Shown: one piece after another, positions 16,866 through 22,138 of the stretch
How the letters are laid out: the number at the start of each line of letters is the position of its first letter
Position numbering within the stretch: the first letter of the stretch is position 1
Assembly (NCBI GenBank): GCA_019058365.1
Contig: JAHPZE010000048.1
Location: 1-22,138, forward strand
Reading direction: 5' to 3'
Length of the DNA stretch: 22,138 nucleotides
Source of the DNA: Promethearchaeota archaeon
GTDB lineage: Archaea > Asgardarchaeota > Lokiarchaeia > Sigyniarchaeales > SOKP01
Made by a program: the position numbers and the translations under genes
The notes under the pieces: generated by a model
Told to the model about the DNA's origin: nothing
Seen by the model: only the letters and a program-made list of their open reading frames with translations
Database searches by the model: none

Positions 16866-17978
16866 TCATTTAACTTGAAGAAATATATTATAGCAGATAT
16901 CTTGTATCGTTTGAAAAGTATTTATCTCATTTACATTTCCTATCATAGTTAAACCCATATTATTAAAATTCATACAGATCGTAGTTATTTTCTCTCCTCC
17001 GAGGGATGTACTAAATAAAACTCTATTATATGTCTCCTCGCTTATTTTTTTTGATGAGGTTAATACACTAATTGTTTCTGGAATATAATCTGAACAATCA
17101 TATTTTTCATCAATAATTTTTGAGTAGATGATTTTTCCAACTAGATCTACAAGAAATATTTGTTTGATTCTTTTATCCCAAATTAATCTTTCAAATTTTT
17201 CTATAATTTTTTTGGGTTTTTTAATATATTTCTCTTTACTCTTAAAGAAATCTAATGTCAAAAATTCATCCTCTATATTCTCTGGTAGTTGGTATTGTTT
17301 TATTATTATTATTTTTTTTCTGATCTCTACTAAAACGTTCTCATTTCTAACCGTAGTTAATAAAATCCAATTCAATTTCTCATTAAGATTATTTTGATAT
17401 AAAAATTGGGAAGAATTAACGACTAAGGGAATAAGATAACCAAGTTTTTCTTTATTTACAAATTGTTTGGCATGAATATAAAAAATATGTCCCCCTTTTG
17501 GTTCAAGAAATACAACTGATTTAAAATTCCCCCCTTTTTCAATTTGATTAATAGAATCAAATAAAGTATCTAATCCATGGGAAAGGATAATTTCCTTAAT
17601 ATGTTCATCAAATTTATGAAATTTTGTTACTTCCCCATCAAAATCTTTATTAAGAAAATCTCCAAATTCTTTAGTAAAACTCTCCATTATATCGTGAATA
17701 ACTGAATGCAACAATTCTATCAATTCATCATTCTTAGTTGTTGCTACAAAAGTGATTTTTTGAAAGGATTCAGAGAATTTTTCAAAAATAATATTAGTTT
17801 CCTTCAGTTTTAAGGATTTTATGTCTTCTCCTCTTTCTATACTTGCAAAAGTATTCATTGCTGTTAAAAAACCGCTAATTAAGTCATCATCACTTGTTTC
17901 GTCTTGTTTTTTTAGATGCCAACTGTACAAAAGTGACCCTGCTTCATTAATAATAAATAAATCGTCCATATAATACAC
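16866..17978 (-). CDS. Longin-like domain plus two roadblock/longin-like domains (eukaryotic signature-type protein)
   Basis: N-terminus LFIINEAGSLLYS...LISGFLTAMNTFA...F...F...FDGEVTKFHKF is a typical longin pattern. Two further units begin FKSVVFLEPKGGHIF and IKQIFLVDLVGKIIYS. Start is GTG 17978 or ATG 17969. Confidence 0.7.
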   Translation of the reverse strand: MYYMDDLFIINEAGSLLYSWHLKKQDETSDDDLISGFLTAMNTFASIERGEDIKSLKLKETNIIFEKFSESFQKITFVATTKNDELIELLHSVIHDIMESFTKEFGDFLNKDFDGEVTKFHKFDEHIKEIILSHGLDTLFDSINQIEKGGNFKSVVFLEPKGGHIFYIHAKQFVNKEKLGYLIPLVVNSSQFLYQNNLNEKLNWILLTTVRNENVLVEIRKKIIIIKQYQLPENIEDEFLTLDFFKSKEKYIKKPKKIIEKFERLIWDKRIKQIFLVDLVGKIIYSKIIDEKYDCSDYIPETISVLTSSKKISEETYNRVLFSTSLGGEKITTICMNFNNMGLTMIGNVNEINTFQTIQDICYNIFLQVK

Positions 17979-18196
17979 CGTTTGTAATTTAATAAAAGAA
18001 TGTTATTATAAGCCTTAAAAGTTTTATCCTTTATAATAGAATATACTTCAGTAATATAATTGCCCCGATTTAAAATGGTTTTTTACTAAAAAGTACAATT
18101 GCTATTTCAATTTAACATGAACCTAAAACCTATTATAGAAAATTATCTTATCATTATAATTAACACATTTATACTAATTATTATAGGGATTTAAGT

Positions 18197-18883
18197 TTGC
18201 TAAATCGTATAGATCTCGATGGATTTAAAAAAGTTCAAATGGATTATAAAAAAGATCGCTCCAAATGTAAGAAGACACTAGAAGTTAAAGGAAGATGGAG
18301 ATTAGATGTTGAATATGGTCCACAATTTGAGACTAAGTTGAGAACAGAAAGAGCCGGGAAAATTACGGTACAAACTGATGAAACGATTATACTTGGAGGA
18401 GGAGGAACAGCAGTACACCCTGTTCATTATTGTTTGGCAGGTTTTTGTGGATGCTTTTCAGCAGCTTTTGCTAAATGGGCTGCAATGGCGGGTATTGAAT
18501 TGAAAAAACTTGATATTAGAATAGTTGCCGATATAGATTTAACTACGGGATTTGGAATTGAAGATGGTATTGATGCTGTAGATGATTTTAAACTTGAAAT
18601 ATTTGTTGAGAGCGATGCCAATATAGAAGAATTAAATAAGGTTTTAGAACACACAAAAAATAGATGTTTTTGTATGTATTGTATCACTACACCAATAGTG
18701 CCAAAGATCGAGATGATAGTAGAAATTCCAGAGGAGCAAATCGAGGAAGCCGTCTTCATTTGTCCTAATTGTTTCAATAAAACAATGGTCTTCTTAGATG
18801 ATAATACTCAAAAATGTAAGAATTGTGGGACCACGGGTTATTTTAATCTACAGCCCGAACCAAAAAAAGTTTCTCAAAAATAA
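18197..18883 (+). CDS. OsmC/Ohr-family protein with a C-terminal Zn ribbon
   Basis: DE...LGGGGTAVHPVHYCLAGFCGC and a second Cys site NRCFC fit OsmC-like proteins; C-terminal CPNC...CKNC; TTG start. Confidence 0.78.
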   Translation: MLNRIDLDGFKKVQMDYKKDRSKCKKTLEVKGRWRLDVEYGPQFETKLRTERAGKITVQTDETIILGGGGTAVHPVHYCLAGFCGCFSAAFAKWAAMAGIELKKLDIRIVADIDLTTGFGIEDGIDAVDDFKLEIFVESDANIEELNKVLEHTKNRCFCMYCITTPIVPKIEMIVEIPEEQIEEAVFICPNCFNKTMVFLDDNTQKCKNCGTTGYFNLQPEPKKVSQK

Positions 18884-18968
18884 GTTTTATTTTTTAATAA
18901 ATTTTAGGTGATTAATAAAATAACTTAGAAAAAAGTATTATAATATAATATTACAGAAGTGAAATTCA

Positions 18969-19178
18969 ATGACAGAAGAATGGCCATATGTATCTGATAA
19001 AGATCAATATGTTATGAATTTAGAAAAAGAATTAAAGAAGATTAAGAGTCAATTATATCAAACTTTAATAAATGCAAATAAAACTGTAAACCAAAATCAA
19101 AAATTACAAGATCAATTGAATCGATGCCAAATTGAAAATACTAAATTAAAACTTCAAATTGAAGATTTAATTAAATGA
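18969..19178 (+). CDS. Small coiled-coil hypothetical protein
   Basis: 69 aa with heptad-spaced Leu/Ile; GAAGTGA SD-like element at 18956-18962; fills an otherwise empty gap. Confidence 0.6.
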   Translation: MTEEWPYVSDKDQYVMNLEKELKKIKSQLYQTLINANKTVNQNQKLQDQLNRCQIENTKLKLQIEDLIK

Positions 19179-19279
19179 ATTAAATAATTAAAAATAGGAT
19201 ATTGATAAAAATAGTAATTATTAATATAAAGAAGACCAATTTTATGTCTTAAAATAAAAATAAGGTATGATTTAATCCA

Positions 19280-19828
19280 ATGAATGATACAAATATACAG
19301 TATGTATTCAAAATTACGGTAATTGGAGATAGTGCTGTTGGAAAAACATCATTAATTAAACAATATACTCAAGCTTCATTTGAAAATGATTATATTTCTA
19401 CGATAGGCGCTCAATTCTCTATTTACAATGAAGAGATCGATGGTGATAATTGTAAATTATTTTTCTGGGATCTTGCTGGTCAAAAGGAATTTGAAATCCT
19501 ACGTTCTCAGTTTTATAGAGAAAGTAAAGCAGCTATCATTGTTTATTCTCTCGAAGAAAATAATCTTGGAATCGAAAGTTTTAGACATTTATCTGAATGG
19601 TATAAAGACATCAAAAAATATTGCGGAGAAATCCCTGTTATCATTTTTGCTAATAAAGTTGATTTAATTGATGAAAATGATTTGGATGATTCAGAAATTC
19701 AAAATTTCGTTAAAGTGAATAATTTTGTAGGAGTTTATCGAACTTCTGCGAAAACAGGTAAAGGGGTAACTAATGGATTCCGGAAAATAATTAAAGTATT
19801 ACTTACTCAGTATAAGAACAAAATCTAA
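19280..19828 (+). CDS. Rab-like (Ras superfamily) small GTPase without a C-terminal prenylation motif
   Basis: G1 GDSAVGKTS, G2 YISTIG, G3 WDLAGQ, G4 NKVD and G5 TSAKTG; RabF-like IGAQF, KLFFW and FYR; ends QYKNKI. Confidence 0.93.
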   Translation: MNDTNIQYVFKITVIGDSAVGKTSLIKQYTQASFENDYISTIGAQFSIYNEEIDGDNCKLFFWDLAGQKEFEILRSQFYRESKAAIIVYSLEENNLGIESFRHLSEWYKDIKKYCGEIPVIIFANKVDLIDENDLDDSEIQNFVKVNNFVGVYRTSAKTGKGVTNGFRKIIKVLLTQYKNKI

Positions 19829-19939
19829 TATTTGAAATAACATCTCAAGGAGTTATTAAAGATAAGACTAATGTCTTAAAACTCTTTATAAGATTTTTTT
19901 TTTCTTATAACCTCAATTTAAATCTAATTAATTGTTTGG

Positions 19940-19963
19940 TAAATAAGTAAGCTTACTTTTTTA
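19940..19963. promoter_or_regulatory. Palindromic candidate operator
   Basis: Perfect 14-bp palindrome AAGTAAGCTTACTT at 19945-19958, extending to 24 bp with one mismatched pair; upstream of a BRE/TATA-like AAGAAAAAACTTAAATA at about 19981-19997. Confidence 0.4.
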
Positions 19964-20094
19964 AACTCAACAAGTGTCGTAAGAAAAAACTTAAATATAA
20001 TTTCTATTATAACATTTATGTAAAAATGCATTTTAGATTGCTTAAAAATTCAATCATTCAGTTTCTGATTTTTTACCAAAATTAAAATGACTAT

Positions 20095-20844
20095 ATGAGA
20101 TTAGAAAGAGGTGTGTTATTTATTTCTCAAGATGAAATGAAAGATCTAACGACAAATTTAGATAATAAAGTGATAAAAGCTCTACAGATTAAGGTAGATT
20201 CTTATCAGACAGAGATCAGTGAATTAAAAAAGATTCTTGAAAAAAAAGATGAAGAAATTGCGAATATAGCAAAATTTAAAGATGTATTGAGTTCTGAATT
20301 AGAGGAGACCAAAAATAATTTAGAAGTTAAAACCAATAAATTAGAAAAAATAGATTCTGAAGTTTATGATTTAGAGAAAACAATCACTATAAAAGAAAAA
20401 GAAACTAAGAAATTGTGTGCAGAAATTGATGAATTAAAACAAAAAATTGAAGAATTAAGTGATGATGTCGCAAAAAAGGCAAATAAAATAACAGAACTTA
20501 GCGAACAACTCACAATAAAAGAAAATAAAATAACAGAACTTAGTGAACAACTCACAAAAAAAGAAAATAAAATAACAGAACTTAATAATACATTAGATGG
20601 AAAAGAAAAAATCATTGAAGAACAAAAGGATAAATTGGAAAAAGCTGAAACTGAATTATCAGCTTTAAGACCACCCGAACAAACTGAATACACTAGCGAA
20701 GAGCGTTTAATTTGCCCTAAATGTGGTGCAAAAGGGAAAGATTTAAAGGTTGAAGAAGATAAAAGCAAAGTACTTGGTTATATTGGTCACAGCCCTCTCT
20801 ATAGTAAAGTGAATGTTTGCAAACAATGTGGTCAGAAGTTTTAA
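20095..20844 (+). CDS. Long coiled-coil protein with a C-terminal Zn ribbon
   Basis: About 175 aa of E/K-rich heptads, then LICPKCG...VCKQCGQKF. Confidence 0.85.
   Translation: MRLERGVLFISQDEMKDLTTNLDNKVIKALQIKVDSYQTEISELKKILEKKDEEIANIAKFKDVLSSELEETKNNLEVKTNKLEKIDSEVYDLEKTITIKEKETKKLCAEIDELKQKIEELSDDVAKKANKITELSEQLTIKENKITELSEQLTKKENKITELNNTLDGKEKIIEEQKDKLEKAETELSALRPPEQTEYTSEERLICPKCGAKGKDLKVEEDKSKVLGYIGHSPLYSKVNVCKQCGQKF
20481..20584 (+). repeat. Intragenic 42-bp tandem repeat, about 2.5 copies (NKITELSEQLTxKE)
   Basis: Units at 20481-20522, 20523-20564 and partial 20565-20584; the first two differ at only 2 positions. Confidence 0.92.
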
Positions 20845-21028
20845 TTAATTCATATTATTTCTTTTAACTTTTTTATAGTATTTAACCTAAAATTAAATAA
20901 TTTGTATTGTCAAATTGTTTTTCTAATTAGAAAATTGACCTTCAAATATATTTAATTTAGATAACTTTTTTACTTCTGAAAAGCAAGAATAAACTATCAT
21001 TATTTTAGTTAATTAGGTGTAATAAAAA

Positions 21029-22051
21029 TTGATTAAAACAAGAATTACTGAAAAATTTGGTATAAAATATCCAATTATTAGTGCTCCAATGGGTCCATTT
21101 TATACAACTAAATTAGCTGTTGCAGTTTCTGAAGCAGGTGGATTAGGTGTTGTAAGTCATGCTACATTAAGAGGGAAAAATTCGGTTAAGGATTTTAAAG
21201 AGCAGTTAGATTATGTTGTTGAACACACTGATAAACCTTTTGGTTTAAATGTACGAGTTGCTCGAATCCAAACTGATCATAAAGTCTTGTTAAGAAAGAT
21301 TCCACAATGGTGTAATGAAAATCCTAAGCTAAGAGAACAATTAGTTTATGCTTTAACTAGTGCTGGAGGACCCCGAATTGCTGGAAAAATGTGGAAAGAA
21401 AAAGCACCTGATATGGCTCATTTTCATGTCGGACCAGCCTTATGGTTAGTTGATAAAATAGTAGAATCTGGGTGTGATGGCATTGTAGCAACAGGTACCG
21501 AAGGGGGTGGTCATCAGAGTTATGAAGGGATAACAACTTTAGTTTTAGTTCAACAAGTTACTCAAAAATATCCTGAAAAAATGTTAGTAGCATGTGGAGG
21601 ATTTGCTACCCCTGAGGGTGTTGCTGCAGGATTATCTATGGGTGCTGATGCTGTTGCCATGGGAACACGATTTATTGCGTCTAATGAGAGCGAGTTTCAT
21701 CAAAATTATAAAGATCTTATACCTCCTGCCACAGCACGTGATACTATGCTTACTACCGGGGGTTTCGGACCAATTAGACTATTGAAAAATAAGTATTGCC
21801 TAGAGCATGGTGAAATTATATCTAAAGAAGAAAAAATATCTCAAGAATTAGCTTATGATATGGATGAGTATCTCAAAGACTTAATGGCTTATGAGTTAGT
21901 TTATACTAAAGGTGATACTGTTGATGGCGCTGTTCCAGTAGGACAAACAGTTGGTTTAATCGATTCCATATTGGATGTTGATGATATTATTTCAGGTTTT
22001 ACAAATAAAGCGGAAAAAATATTAAAAAACTTATGTTCAAATATCTCATGA
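21029..22051 (+). CDS. Nitronate monooxygenase / FabK-like FMN-dependent enoyl-thioester reductase family protein
   Basis: YPIISAPMG, LAVAVSEAGGLG, KPFGLN, GTEGGGH, ACGGF, MGADAVAMGTRF and GQTVGLI; TTG start after AGGTGT. Confidence 0.9.
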   Translation: MIKTRITEKFGIKYPIISAPMGPFYTTKLAVAVSEAGGLGVVSHATLRGKNSVKDFKEQLDYVVEHTDKPFGLNVRVARIQTDHKVLLRKIPQWCNENPKLREQLVYALTSAGGPRIAGKMWKEKAPDMAHFHVGPALWLVDKIVESGCDGIVATGTEGGGHQSYEGITTLVLVQQVTQKYPEKMLVACGGFATPEGVAAGLSMGADAVAMGTRFIASNESEFHQNYKDLIPPATARDTMLTTGGFGPIRLLKNKYCLEHGEIISKEEKISQELAYDMDEYLKDLMAYELVYTKGDTVDGAVPVGQTVGLIDSILDVDDIISGFTNKAEKILKNLCSNIS

Positions 22052-22100
22052 ATAAATCCTAATTTTTATTTTTTTATTTCTTCACGATAATTTTTAATTT
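22052..22100 (+). terminator. Putative oligo-T terminator
   Basis: T-tracts (aatttttatttttttatttc) shortly after the stop codon. Confidence 0.4.
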
Positions 22101-22138
22101 CCCTTCATACACTAAATCTTTATTCACCTTTAATTTTT

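Noticed and set aside
18969-19178. SNARE-like identity of the small coiled coil (central NQNQ)
   Set aside because: There is no TM anchor and the hydrophobic layers do not register convincingly with a Q-SNARE motif by eye.
19829-20094. tRNA or structured ncRNA in the larger intergenic spacers
   Set aside because: The spacers are extremely AT-rich with no GC-rich stems, cloverleaf or clear C/D boxes visible.
20481-20584. CRISPR array or mobile-element repeat
   Set aside because: The repeats are contiguous with no spacers, are in-frame within a CDS, and there are no cas or transposase genes.
1129-21785. Short alternative-frame or antisense ORFs in the track (1129, 5096, 9005, 9355, 9476, 10055, 10243, 10760, 15872, 17128, 18427, 19428, 20364, 21594)
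   Set aside because: All overlap well-supported longer genes and lack recognisable motifs; they look like shadow ORFs.
16860-22060. Selenocysteine read-through at TGA stops (16866, 19178, 22051)
   Set aside because: The first two are followed almost immediately by another stop, the third runs into T-rich non-coding sequence, and none is in a redox-motif context.

Overview
AT-rich, gene-dense prokaryotic window with 20 intact-looking CDSs; I saw no rRNA, tRNA, CRISPR array or mobile element. The gene content points to an Asgard archaeon, probably Lokiarchaeia (inference, not database-confirmed): an unprenylated Rab-like small GTPase, a longin/roadblock protein, a V4R-type protein, and oligo-T tracts after genes. 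The first two-thirds (78-15555) is a lipid/acyl-CoA catabolic region. It holds an acyl-CoA ligase, an IVD/LCAD-type acyl-CoA dehydrogenase, a DUF35/thiolase-like/thiolase-like/DUF35 operon whose motifs match the actinobacterial Ltp4/Ltp3 retro-aldolases, threonine aldolase, a heterodimeric ABC exporter, a thiolase-like/DUF35/SCP2 operon and a GH1 glycosidase. All three thiolase-fold proteins lack the nucleophilic Cys. The last third (15670-20844) is a eukaryotic-signature-type cluster: a membrane His-bearing domain fused to V4R, a longin + 2x roadblock-like protein, OsmC with a Zn ribbon, a short coiled coil, a Rab-like GTPase, and a long coiled coil with a Zn ribbon. A FabK/NMO-family flavoenzyme closes the window. 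The two best candidates for undescribed systems are an archaeal Ltp3/Ltp4-DUF35-SCP2 pathway for branched or steroid-like acyl-CoAs, and a V4R/longin/Rab module reminiscent of eukaryotic Rab-GEF complexes.
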